Source: a bacterium
GTDB taxonomy: Bacteria; Krumholzibacteriota; Krumholzibacteriia; JACNKJ01
Assembly (NCBI GenBank): GCA_024231955.1
Contig: JAAEPZ010000591.1
Span: 98,453 to 162,452 of the forward strand
Reading direction: 5' to 3'
Length of the DNA: 64,000 nt
The notes under the pieces: model-generated
Told to the model about the DNA's origin: nothing
What the model saw: the letters and a program-made list of their open reading frames with translations, nothing else
Database searches by the model: none
Position numbers and translations under genes: made by a program
Part shown: piece by piece, positions 10,572-19,731 of the stretch
Numbering within the stretch: position 1 is the stretch's first letter
Layout of the letters: the number at the start of each line of letters is the position of its first letter

Positions 10572-11461
10572 GCGACGCCATGAAGCGAACCGATCAGCAT
10601 CCTCTGGACGATATTCTCCGCAGCGACCGCCTGCCGCATATCTGGTGCGCGACTTGCGGCATCGGCACCGTGGTCAAGTGTTTCGCCGAGGCGATCCAGC
10701 GAACCGAGATCCCGCTGGACGACGTTGCCGTCGTTTCGGGGATCGGTTGTACCGGTCGCGTGGCCGGCTACGTGAAATTGGATTCCTACCATACGACCCA
10801 TGGGCGGGCCATTCCCTTCGCCACGGGTTTGAAGCTGGCCAACCCCAGGCTCAAGGTCGTGGTGTTCAGCGGTGACGGCGATCTTTCCGCGATCGGTGGG
10901 AATCACCTGATCCATGCCGCCCGGCGCAATATGGACCTCACCGTCATCTGTGTGAACAACTTCATCTACGGCATGACGGGCGGGCAGGCGGCGCCGACGA
11001 CGCCGAACACCGCCAACACCTCGACGACCCCTTTCGGCGCGTTCGAACCGCCCTTCAATCTGCAGAAGCTGCTTGAAGCGTGCGGCGCCAGTTACCAGGC
11101 GCGCTGGACATCGCTGCATGTCCGGCGTCTGACCAACTCGATGACCGAAGCCCTGCTCAAACCGGGATTCAGTTTTGTCGAGGCGATCGCGCCCTGCTCC
11201 ACGCTCTACGCGCGACGCAACCGTCTGGGTAGCGGTTTCGACCTGATGAAGTTTTACCACGACAACAGCGAGATCCAGCATGGAGCCGATCCTCGTGAGG
11301 TGGATATCTCCTTCCAGGATTCAATCATCGTGGGCAAGTTCATTGATCGCGAGCGTCCGACCTGGCAGCAACTCAATGATGCACAGCACAACCGGTCCCT
11401 GGGCGAGAAGTACTTCCGCCACGACATTGTGGAGGCCGGTGGGGAGGTGAGCGATGCCTAG
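10568..11461 (+). CDS. 2-oxoacid:ferredoxin oxidoreductase beta subunit (TPP-binding)
   Basis: 297 aa. CxxC, GIGCTGR and GDGD TPP/Fe-S motifs (VVFSGDGD). ATGA overlap with the alpha gene. Confidence 0.9.
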   Translation: MSDAMKRTDQHPLDDILRSDRLPHIWCATCGIGTVVKCFAEAIQRTEIPLDDVAVVSGIGCTGRVAGYVKLDSYHTTHGRAIPFATGLKLANPRLKVVVFSGDGDLSAIGGNHLIHAARRNMDLTVICVNNFIYGMTGGQAAPTTPNTANTSTTPFGAFEPPFNLQKLLEACGASYQARWTSLHVRRLTNSMTEALLKPGFSFVEAIAPCSTLYARRNRLGSGFDLMKFYHDNSEIQHGADPREVDISFQDSIIVGKFIDRERPTWQQLNDAQHNRSLGEKYFRHDIVEAGGEVSDA

Positions 11462-11987
11462 AACCGAGATCCGGATCACCGGCTACGGCGGGCAGGGCGT
11501 TATCCTGACCGGCTACATCTTCGGCAGGGCGGCAGCGATCCATGCGGATCTGCACTCCACGATGACGCAGAGTTTCGGGCCGGAGGCGCGTGGCAGCGCC
11601 TGCAGCTCGGCTCTGGTCGTGGATGACGGCATAATCGCCTACCCCTACCTGAACGATACCGACGTACTGATCGCCCTCTCACGCGAGGGTTACGAGAAGT
11701 ACAAAGTGGAATTGAAGACGGGTGGGACGCTGATCTACGACAGTGACATGGTGCAGCCGCAGGATACGGGCGATGTACGGATGTACGGCGTCCCGGCGGC
11801 CCGCATCGCCGAGGAACTTGGCAATCGCATCGTGCAGAACATCGTTGTTGTCGGATTCACGACTGCCGTCACGGATCTGGTGGATGTCGAAGCGGTGAAA
11901 AAATCGGTCAAGGGTTCCGTGCCCAGCGCGCTGGTCGACATGAACCTGGAGGCCTTCAGAAAGGGTTATGAGTTCTATCAAAAGTAA
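11454..11987 (+). CDS. 2-oxoacid:ferredoxin oxidoreductase gamma subunit
   Basis: 177 aa. [20 protein letters not shown] is the POR/KOR gamma signature. 8-nt overlap with the beta gene. Confidence 0.9.
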   Translation: MPRTEIRITGYGGQGVILTGYIFGRAAAIHADLHSTMTQSFGPEARGSACSSALVVDDGIIAYPYLNDTDVLIALSREGYEKYKVELKTGGTLIYDSDMVQPQDTGDVRMYGVPAARIAEELGNRIVQNIVVVGFTTAVTDLVDVEAVKKSVKGSVPSALVDMNLEAFRKGYEFYQK

Positions 11988-14900
11988 AGGGATCTTGGTC
12001 ATCGGGGCCGGAATCACGGGAATACAGACCTCTCTTGATCTCGCGCACGCCGGGTTCCGGGTTCACCTGCTCGAACGTTCGCCCTCTATCGGCGGTCGGA
12101 TGAGTCAGTTGGACAAGGTATTCCCGACGGTCGACTGCTCTATATGAATCCTGGGTCCCTTGATGATGGATGCCGGTCGGCATCCCGGGATCGAATTGCA
12201 TACTCTCTCCGAGCTCACGGGGCTGCGCGGACGTGCCGGTGCCTTCAGAGCCACCGTCCGTAAGCATCCGCGTTATGTGGACCCGGAGCTGTGCGTTGCC
12301 TGCGGTCGTTGCACCGACGTGTGTCCGCAGGTGCGTCCGAATCCGTATGATATCGGACTGAAATCCGCGAAGGCCATCGACCGTCTGTTTCCTCAGGCCG
12401 TGCCCGCCGCCTATCACATCGATAAGGATGTCTGCCTCAACGACAACATTATGTACTGCGAGCGCTGTATCCGCGCCTGCGAGCCCGACGCGATCGATTT
12501 CGATCAACGCGAGGAGACGTTGGAGCTGGAGATCGGGTCGGTGATCGTGGCCACCGGTTTCGATGAACTCGATCCGCGCGAACTGCTCCCTTTTGGTTAC
12601 GGAAGTTCGCGCAATGTGCTGACCGGCCTGGAGTTCGAACGGCTGCTGTGCGCAACCGGACCGACCGGCGGGCACGTCGTGCGTCCCACCGATCTCAAGG
12701 TGCCGGAGCGTATCCTCTTCGTGCAGTGTGTGGGCTCTCGTGGTGAGGGGGGACGTTCCTACTGCTCCCGCTACTGTTGCATGAACTCCGTGAAGTCCGC
12801 GATGCTTGCCCACGAGCATGAACCGACTCTGAAGGGGAGCACGCTGCTCTTCACCGATATGCGCGCCGATGGGCGCGGCTACGATGCTTTCGTCGAGCGC
12901 TGCCTGGAGAGGGATCAGATCAGCACCATGCGGGGACGTCCGGCGAAGATCGAGGAGAACCCCGAGACGGGCGATCTGAGCGTCTGGGTCGAAGATTTCG
13001 AAGCCGGCAGGCCAACCCGCATCGAGGCGGGTATGGTCGTGCTCTCCTCTGCTGCCCTGCCCGCCGGTGGGACGCCCGAGCTGGGACGTATTCTGAGGAT
13101 CGAATTGGATGAAAGCGGTTTCGTCAAACGGAAGTGTCCGGACGAATCGCCGACCAAAACGACACGTCCCGGCATCTATGTGGCCGGCAGTGCCGGTTCA
13201 CCCGCAATAATCCCCGAGTGCGTGGCGCAGGGTGCCGCCGCCGCATCCGCCGCGAGTACACACGTCCTTGCCGAGCGCAACACGAAGGAGCAGGGTGAGC
13301 ATGTCGCTCCCATCGATTCCTCCGGTCCGCCGCGCATCGGCGTCTTTGTCTGCCACTGTGGAGCCAACATCGCAGGGGTGGTCAACGTTCAGGAGCTGCG
13401 CGAGGAGGCGGCGAAGCTGCCCGGCGTGGTCTATGCCGGGGATGAACATTTCGCCTGCGCCGAGATCTCCCAGAAGGTCATCGAAGAGGTGATCACCGAG
13501 CACAAGCTCAACCGTATCGTTGTCGCCGCCTGCACGCCGCGCACTCACGAACCGGTGTTCCGCGATGTCCTCAGTCGACGCGGTCTCAATCCCTTCCTGT
13601 TCGAGATGGTCAACATTCGCGATCAGTGCACCTGGGTGCATTCGGATGTGCCCGATGAGGCGCAGGCGCGCGCGCGTGATCAGATCCGTATGAGCGTGGC
13701 GCGCGCCGCGCGACTGGAGCCGCTGACTCCGATTCGGGTGGACGTCAATCGACGCGTCGTCGTGATTGGCGGCGGCATCTCCGGAATCCGCGTGGCGCTT
13801 GATCTGGCTGCGCAGGAGTTCGAGGTGACGCTGGTTGAGGTTGACGAGCAGATGGGGGGCGTGACGGCGAAGCTGGGTACGGCTGTCGGCGAACCCGGTC
13901 AAGCGCTGACCACGCTGAAGAGGCAACTGAAGCGCTCACCGGTCAGAGTGTTGCGGCAAACGGATATTGCCCGCGTTGATGGTTACGTCGGCAACTTCAT
14001 CCTAACACTCCACCCGGGCGAAGAGGAGTTGACCGCCGGTGCGATCGTGCTGGCGATCGGCGCCAAGCCGTACGATCCCACGGGACGGTTCGGTTTCGGA
14101 ACGAAGAGCAATGTCATTACTAATCTGGATCTCGAACGCCGCCTCAGGGATGAGAGTGATGTCCTCGGCGGAGGTGAGGGGGGTGTCCCGGCTACCGCGG
14201 TGATTATCCAGTGTGTCGGTTCCCGCTGCCGGGAGGAGGGGTGCAACCAGGGGTGCTCCCGCTACTGCTGCCCGTCGACGGTCAAACAGGCGCTCAAGCT
14301 GGCGGCGCTGGGTACGCGCGTTACGGTGCTCTATCGCGACATGCGCATGGTGGGGCCGGGTATGGAGGCCCTGTATCGCGAAGCCCGCGGAGCGGGTGTT
14401 CTGTTCGTGCGTGTTCCGGACGGTGGGCAAATGACGGTTGTCGGCGATACTCTGGCCGAGGCTGTCGTCGCCGATGACATGCTGCCCGACCGCGAGATTG
14501 AAGCGCCCGCCGAATTGGTGATCCTGGCCGTCGGGCTGGTTCCCGACAATGAGTTGATTTTGCGTATCAAGGAGCTCCTGAAGACTCCGGTTGGTCCCGA
14601 TGGCTTCCTGATGGAGCGTCATCCCGAACTGGGGCCGGTCGAAACTGTCGTGGACGGAGTATTCGTCTGCGGTACGGTCACCGGAGCCAAGTCGATTGCC
14701 GACTCCCTGGCCGAAGCCGGAGCTGCCGCGGGCAAGGTCAGCCGCCTGCTGTCGCGACAGGCGCTGACGCTGGAGCCGACCGTGGCCGAGGTTGATCGTC
14801 TGCTCTGCCGCGCGTGCGGCAAGTGTGTCGAGATCTGCGAGTATCAGGCCCCCTCCCTGGCTGATGACATGTTCGGTTTGCAGGCGGCGTCGATCAACAA

Positions 14901-15027
14901 GGCCTCCTGCAAGGGCTGCGGCACCTGCGTCTCCTGGTGTCCGACGGGAGCGATCAAGGCCTGCCACTTCACCGATGGTCAGATCGAGGCGATGATGGAA
15001 ACGATGCTGCAGTGGGAGAAGATGTGA
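11968..15027 (+). CDS. hdrA: Large HdrA-like flavoprotein (HdrL-type, two tandem HdrA-like halves) containing an in-frame UGA (selenocysteine) at 12145-12147
   Basis: ATG at 11968 in frame with track ORF 12160-15027. Translation [20 protein letters not shown]...[23 protein letters not shown]. The TGA sits where the second Cys of the conserved HdrA DCSxC motif belongs. Second half has the HdrA N-domain ([15 protein letters not shown]...CTPRTHEP) plus an FAD site ([10 protein letters not shown]) but no CxxU/CxxC motif. Ferredoxin CxxCxxCxxxCP motifs present. Confidence 0.8.
12168..12185 (+). promoter_or_regulatory. Putative bacterial SECIS hairpin 20 nt downstream of the UGA in hdrL
   Basis: GGAUGCC-GGUC-GGCAUCC: perfect 7-bp stem with a GGUC apical loop (G and U in the loop as in characterised bacterial SECIS). 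Identical element at the same spacing in the second hdrA. Confidence 0.5.
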
Positions 15028-15494
15028 ATAACAGCGATTTCGAACCGCGGATAGTGGTGTTTGCCTGCAACTGGTGTTCGTACGCCGGAGCCGATACGGC
15101 TGGCGTCAGCAGGTTGCAGCACTCGCCCAAATTCCGGGTCATCCGGACCATGTGTTCGGGGCGTGTCAATTCGGTGCATATCCTCAAGGCCTTCGAGATG
15201 GGGGCCGACGGAGTCCTGGTGTCCGGATGTCACATCGGCGATTGTCACTACATGTTCGGCAATCACTGGGCGATCAAGCAGTTCGATGTCACGCGCGATC
15301 TGCTCAACATGCTTGGCCTGGAGGAGGCGCGCACGCGGCTGGAATGGGTGTCTGCGGCGGAGGGTCCCAAGTGGGCCTCCCTGATCGATGAATTCGTGAC
15401 CACGATTCAGCAGCTCGGTCCCAGCCCGCTGCGGGGGGAATCCACCGAGGAGTCCTTCGGCGACCGTGAGATCGACATGGAGGTGAACGGGTAA
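15024..15494 (+). CDS. mvhD: MvhD/FlpD-family [2Fe-2S] protein (methyl-viologen-reducing hydrogenase delta-subunit-like)
   Basis: [19 protein letters not shown]...IRTMCSGRV...GADGVLVSGCHIGDCHY...LEWVSAAEG is the MvhD signature. Start is probably the GTG overlapping the hdrL stop (GTGA). The longer ATG 14937 start in the track would overlap hdrL by 90 nt. Confidence 0.7.
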   Translation: MNNSDFEPRIVVFACNWCSYAGADTAGVSRLQHSPKFRVIRTMCSGRVNSVHILKAFEMGADGVLVSGCHIGDCHYMFGNHWAIKQFDVTRDLLNMLGLEEARTRLEWVSAAEGPKWASLIDEFVTTIQQLGPSPLRGESTEESFGDREIDMEVNG

Positions 15495-16603
15495 TGGCGA
15501 ATACCGAATTGAAAGGGGCCATGCGCTGTCTGGACTGCGGTAAATGCACATCCGCCTGTCCCGTGGCGCGCTTCAATCTTGTCCTCTCTCCCCGGAGATT
15601 GATCCGGCAGCTCGGTTGCGGAGTGGATGCGGGTTGCGGCGACGCGCTCTGGTCCTGTCTGACCTGCGGCCGCTGTGATGCGGTTTGTCCGCAAGAGGTG
15701 CCGATCACCGCCGCCATGCCGCTGCTGCGCGCCGATGTGCGTGCGGAGGGGGGCAAGCCGCCCTTCACACGCTGCGGAGCGATGGAGAGCGTGGCGACGA
15801 TTCAGTCGCAGGGGCCCGTTCCCCAGAACCGGCTGGAGTGGCTCACCGACGACCTGCGCACCGACCCGGAGAGCAAAACGCTGCTCTTCATAGGCTGCAC
15901 CCCCTACTTCGACAAGTTCTTCGTCGAGCACGATGTCGATACCCTGGCGGCGGTGAAGGGGGCGATCCGGATTCTCAATGCAATGGGCATAGAGCCCGCC
16001 GTGCTGGCCGATGAGCGCTGTTGCGGACACGATGCACTCTGGTCCGGGGACGAAAAGACCTTCAGCGATCTGGCTCATCTGAATCTGGAGATGTTCGCCA
16101 AGGCCGCACCCGATCTGATCGTGACGGTCTGCCCGGAATGCTCACTGACCCTCGGGCGCACCTACCCGGAACGTTTTGAAGCGCCCGGCTGTCCGGTCAA
16201 ACACATCACCGAGGTGGTCTCGGAGCATTACGAGGAGCTGGAGTTCACCGCACGCGAGCTGACGGTGACTTTCCAGGATCCATGTCGATTGGGGCGTCAT
16301 CAGGATCTGTATGTCGAGCCGCGCGAGGGGCTCGAGATGATTCCCGACCTCGAACTGAGAGAGATGCCGCGGAATAGGGCGGCAGCCGTTTGTTGCGCGG
16401 GCTCATGGCTCACCTGTAATCAGGCGAGCAAGAAGATTCAATCCGATCGCCTCGCGGAGGCAGAGGCGACCGGGGCGGAACTGATGGTGACGGCCTGTCC
16501 CAAGTGCCTGATCCATTTCCGCTGCTCTCAATCCGGCGTCGGGGAGGAGCCCGGGATCGAGATCCGGGACTTCGCAGACCTGCTCGCCGAGTCACTGCAA
16601 TAG
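15494..16603 (+). CDS. HdrD-like Fe-S oxidoreductase (HdrC-type 2x[4Fe-4S] domain fused to HdrB-type CCG domains)
   Basis: 369 aa. N-terminal [12 protein letters not shown] and [12 protein letters not shown] motifs. C-terminal CCG motifs (ERCCGHD, CCAGSW). 1-nt TAATG overlap with mvhD. Confidence 0.7.
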   Translation: MANTELKGAMRCLDCGKCTSACPVARFNLVLSPRRLIRQLGCGVDAGCGDALWSCLTCGRCDAVCPQEVPITAAMPLLRADVRAEGGKPPFTRCGAMESVATIQSQGPVPQNRLEWLTDDLRTDPESKTLLFIGCTPYFDKFFVEHDVDTLAAVKGAIRILNAMGIEPAVLADERCCGHDALWSGDEKTFSDLAHLNLEMFAKAAPDLIVTVCPECSLTLGRTYPERFEAPGCPVKHITEVVSEHYEELEFTARELTVTFQDPCRLGRHQDLYVEPREGLEMIPDLELREMPRNRAAAVCCAGSWLTCNQASKKIQSDRLAEAEATGAELMVTACPKCLIHFRCSQSGVGEEPGIEIRDFADLLAESLQ

Positions 16604-16625
16604 AGGAGGAAAGGAGGTGAACCGT

Positions 16626-19055
16626 ATGCCGAAAGCTCTACCCCGTATAGGAGTCTTCGTTTGCGATTGCGGCTCGAACATAGCCGGAACCGTGGACACC
16701 CAGGCGGTAACCGATTACGCCACCACTCTGCCCGGAGTCGTCGCGGTAGTGAGGAACAAGTACACGTGCGCCGAACCTGGACAGCAGGAGATCAAGAAGG
16801 CGATCGTGGAGGAGAAGCTGGAGCGTGTCGTCGTGGCGTCCTGTACGCCGCGGATGCATGAGCCGACTTTCCGTGGATGTGTCTGGGATGTCGGTTTGAA
16901 CCCCTATCTCATGGAGATGGCGAATCTTCGTGAACACTGTTCCTGGGTGCATGGAGACGACAAGGAGGGCGCCACCGCCAAGGCCAAGGATCTGGTTGCC
17001 AGCGCAGTCGCGCGTGCAGCCAAACTCGAGGCTCAGGAGGAGGCTGTCTTCCCGGTCACCAAAGCGGCGCTGGTGATCGGTGGAGGCATTACCGGGATTC
17101 AGGCCGCCATGGATCTGGCGGACGCCGGTCATCAGGTCTATCTGGTCGAGAAGGAGGCGAGTATTGGCGGGATCATGGCCCAGCTTGACAAGACCTATCC
17201 CACCATGGACTGCTCGATATGAATTCTCGGACCAAAGATGATGGATGCCGGTCGGCATCCCCTGATCAAATTGATGAGTTACAGCGAGATTGAGGACGTC
17301 AATGGTTACGTCGGCAATTTCAAGGTTACGGTTCGCAAGAAGGCGCGCTACGTGGACGAAACCGTCTGCAACAGTTGCGGTGAGTGCGAGAAGGTGTGTC
17401 CCGCAATCCATCCGGACGAGTTCCAGATGGGGTTGGCGACACGGAAGGCTGTGCACCTGCCCTTCCCGCAGGCCGTGCCGTCGGCCTACCTGATCAACAT
17501 GGAGAATTGCCTGGGCACGAATCCCATCGCCTGCGGCAAGTGCGCCGAGGTCTGCGAGAAGAATGCCATCAACTATGATATGCAGGATGAGATCGTCGTC
17601 CTGGATATAGGTGCGATCGTGGTGGCGACGGGGATCGATGTCTACGATCCCACGCAGCAGGATGAATACGGCTATACGCGATTCCAGAACGTGATTACGA
17701 GTATGGAGTTCGAGCGGCTTATCTGTGCTGGAGGGCCGACGGTCGGCCATCTGGTGCGGCCGGGTGATCACACCACGCCGCTGCGGATCGGTTTCATCCA
17801 GTGTGTCGGTTCCCGTTCGCTGCGCGATGGGGCGGGTTTCTGCAGCAACATCTGCTGCATGAACACGGTCAAGGATACGCTGCTGATTCGCGATCATTAT
17901 CCCGACGCCGAGTGCTCGGTCTTCTATATCGACATCCGCGCGTTCGGTAAGGGATTCGAGGATCTTTACGACAAGAGTCGCGAGGCCGGCGTCAAGTACA
18001 TCCGCGGTATTCCGGGTGAGATTACGGAGGACCCCGCCACCGGCAATCTGCGCATGGTGGTGGAGAACACGACTACGCGGTCGATCGAGGAGCACGAGTT
18101 CGACATGATTGTGCTGTCGGTCGGTGTGCGGCCCCGAGCGGACGGCGGCGATATCCGTCGACATTTGACGCTGTCGCAAACCTCCGATGGTTTTCTGATG
18201 GAGGCCCATCCCAAGCTCAAGCCGGTGGACGCGCCGACGCGCGGCGTGTATATCGCGGGTTGCGCCGAAGCACCGAAGGACGTCAAGGAGAGCGTGACCC
18301 AGGCCAGCGCCGCTGCGGCGAGGGCGGGCGTATTGCTCAATGCGGGGAAGGTGACCGTGGAGGCGATCACCTGTACCATCGACAATGATCTCTGTCACGG
18401 TTGCGGAGCCTGCGAAAAGGTCTGCCCCTATGGAGCGATCACCGTGGATAAGGGGGCAAAAACGGCAGCGGTGGTTGAAGCCGCCTGTGCCGGATGCGGC
18501 ACCTGTGGTTCCGCTTGCCGATTCGATGCGATCACGATGCGGCATTTTACGGATGCGCAGATCGTGGCCCAGGTCGACGCCCTGCTGGCGGAGCGGCAGA
18601 GCGGGAAGGTTATCGTCTTCGCCTGCAACTGGTGCTCCTATGCAGGGGGCGATACCGCAGGCACGAGCCGCATGCTTTATCCCGCGAGTAATCGTTTGAT
18701 CCGTACGATGTGCAGCGGGCGAATCTCCGAGGAGTTCGTGCTGCGCGCGTTCCGCAAAGGGGCGCCGATAGTGCTGGTTTCCGGTTGCCACTTCGCGGAT
18801 TGCCACTACATCGACGCAAACCGTCAAACAGTCAAACGTGTTTATCGCTTGTGGAAGCAGTTGGAGAAGCTGGGGATTCGCACCGAACGGCTGCAGTTGG
18901 AATGGATCAGCGCGGCCGAGGGTCCCAAATTCCAGAAGACGATGCGCGAGATGGAGGAGTTGCGTGCCCAGGTGACCCAGGAGGAGATCGATCACACCGT
19001 GAAGGTGTTGACCGAGCAATTCGAGAAGCGTCGCCTGAAAAAAGTGAGGAGCTGA
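16626..19055 (+). CDS. hdrA: HdrA flavoprotein with C-terminal fused MvhD domain, containing in-frame UGA (selenocysteine) at 17220-17222
   Basis: Track ORFs 16617-17222 and 17238-19055 share a frame and are separated only by TGA. Translation ...[30 protein letters not shown]. Canonical HdrA N-domain ([22 protein letters not shown]), FAD site ([17 protein letters not shown]), ferredoxin motifs. C-terminal MvhD block ([18 protein letters not shown]...[11 protein letters not shown]). AAGGAGG RBS 8 nt before ATG 16626; GTG 16617 also possible. Confidence 0.8.
17243..17260 (+). promoter_or_regulatory. Putative bacterial SECIS hairpin 20 nt downstream of the UGA in hdrA-mvhD
   Basis: Same GGAUGCC-GGUC-GGCAUCC hairpin as at 12168-12185, at the same 20-nt distance from the UGA. 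Confidence 0.5.
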
Positions 19056-19059
19056 CGGC

Positions 19060-19224
19060 ATGGAAAAGATGTGGGTGTTCAAGTGTCAGCGCTGCGGTTG
19101 TGATTATCAGGAGGTCTACGACCCCAAGGCGGCGCTGCGGGAGAGATCCTGCCCGCAGTGTCGCTCCAACAGCGTGCGCCCGTTGCACGATGTCGATTCG
19201 ACGAAAAGACAGGCGAAGGGATAA
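19060..19224 (+). CDS. Small zinc-ribbon protein (54 aa, two CxxC pairs) between hdrA and hdrC; absent from the ORF track (<60 aa)
   Basis: ATG 5 nt after the hdrA stop. Translation MEKMWVFKCQRCGCDYQEVYDPKAALRERSCPQCRSNSVRPLHDVDSTKRQAKG. Stop TAA at 19222-19224, 6 nt before hdrC. Confidence 0.45.
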   Translation: MEKMWVFKCQRCGCDYQEVYDPKAALRERSCPQCRSNSVRPLHDVDSTKRQAKG

Positions 19225-19230
19225 GCGACG

Positions 19231-19731
19231 ATGAAGGAGAAAAAACGGGTGCGGATCAGTCATGATTTCCGAGAGCAGTTGGGGCTTGTGCTCGAGGGGG
19301 ATGGCGTCAATTACTGTTACCAGTGCGGTGCCTGCGTGGGGGACTGCCCCACCGCCCGCTTCAGTGAGGATTTCAACCCGCGGACCATCATGCAGTCCGT
19401 TCTCTATGGCCTGAAAGAGGAGATCGCCTCGGATACGCTGCCTGTCTGGATGTGCTCCAATTGCTTCACCTGTTTTGACCGCTGCCCGCAAGAGGTCAAG
19501 CCGATTGAGGTGATCATCGCCCTCAAGAATCTGATGGCGAGTGAGGGGATCGTTCCGAAAGGTGTGGAGGCGGCTGCTGCAGGTATCCTGAAAACGGGGC
19601 GCAGCGCGATAGTGTCCAATACCACCGTACGTCGTCGTGAGGAGTTGGGACTGCCGCCCCTGGAGGAGCTGGATGCCGGGGAATTACGTACCCTTCTGGA
19701 TGCGGACGCAAATGGGGAGGGGGAAAAATGA
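19231..19731 (+). CDS. hdrC: Heterodisulfide reductase subunit C (2x[4Fe-4S])
   Basis: 166 aa. CYQCGACVGDCP and CSNCFTCFDRCP motifs with the HdrC-type helical C-terminal part. Confidence 0.85.
   Translation: MKEKKRVRISHDFREQLGLVLEGDGVNYCYQCGACVGDCPTARFSEDFNPRTIMQSVLYGLKEEIASDTLPVWMCSNCFTCFDRCPQEVKPIEVIIALKNLMASEGIVPKGVEAAAAGILKTGRSAIVSNTTVRRREELGLPPLEELDAGELRTLLDADANGEGEK

Noticed and set aside
9125-11987. Assigning the 2-oxoacid oxidoreductase specifically as pyruvate (por), 2-oxoglutarate (kor) or 2-oxoisovalerate (vor) type.
   Set aside because: Subunit order and motifs are shared across these families. Substrate specificity cannot be read from the sequence by eye; it needs phylogeny.
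14990-15030. Exact junction between the hdrL stop and the mvhD start: ATG 14937 start with 90-nt overlap versus GTG 15024.
   Set aside because: The longer start would give a 29-aa N-terminal extension ([20 protein letters not shown]...) that is not MvhD-like and overlaps hdrL. I chose the GTGA-coupled start and do not claim certainty.
16638-19082. 814-aa minus-strand ORF in the track, antisense to hdrA-mvhD. Similar long antisense ORFs: 915-2804, 3555-5093, 7020-7811, 9534-10526, 10439-11281, 11956-12819, 13198-13926, 14002-14967, 14979-15551, 15407-16078, 19404-20192, 24144-24800, 25044-25643, 26794-27375, 28538-29269, 29107-30195, 30282-31142, 31655-33448, 34951-35763, 36717-38945, 44876-46258, 45442-46464, 48681-49736, 51355-52902, 53560-54324, 54517-56145, 59117-60262, 60822-61802.
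   Set aside because: The opposite strand in each case encodes a protein with clear family motifs. These translations are low-complexity Arg/Gly/Ala/Pro/His-rich with no motifs, the usual stop-codon-poor shadow frames of high-GC DNA.
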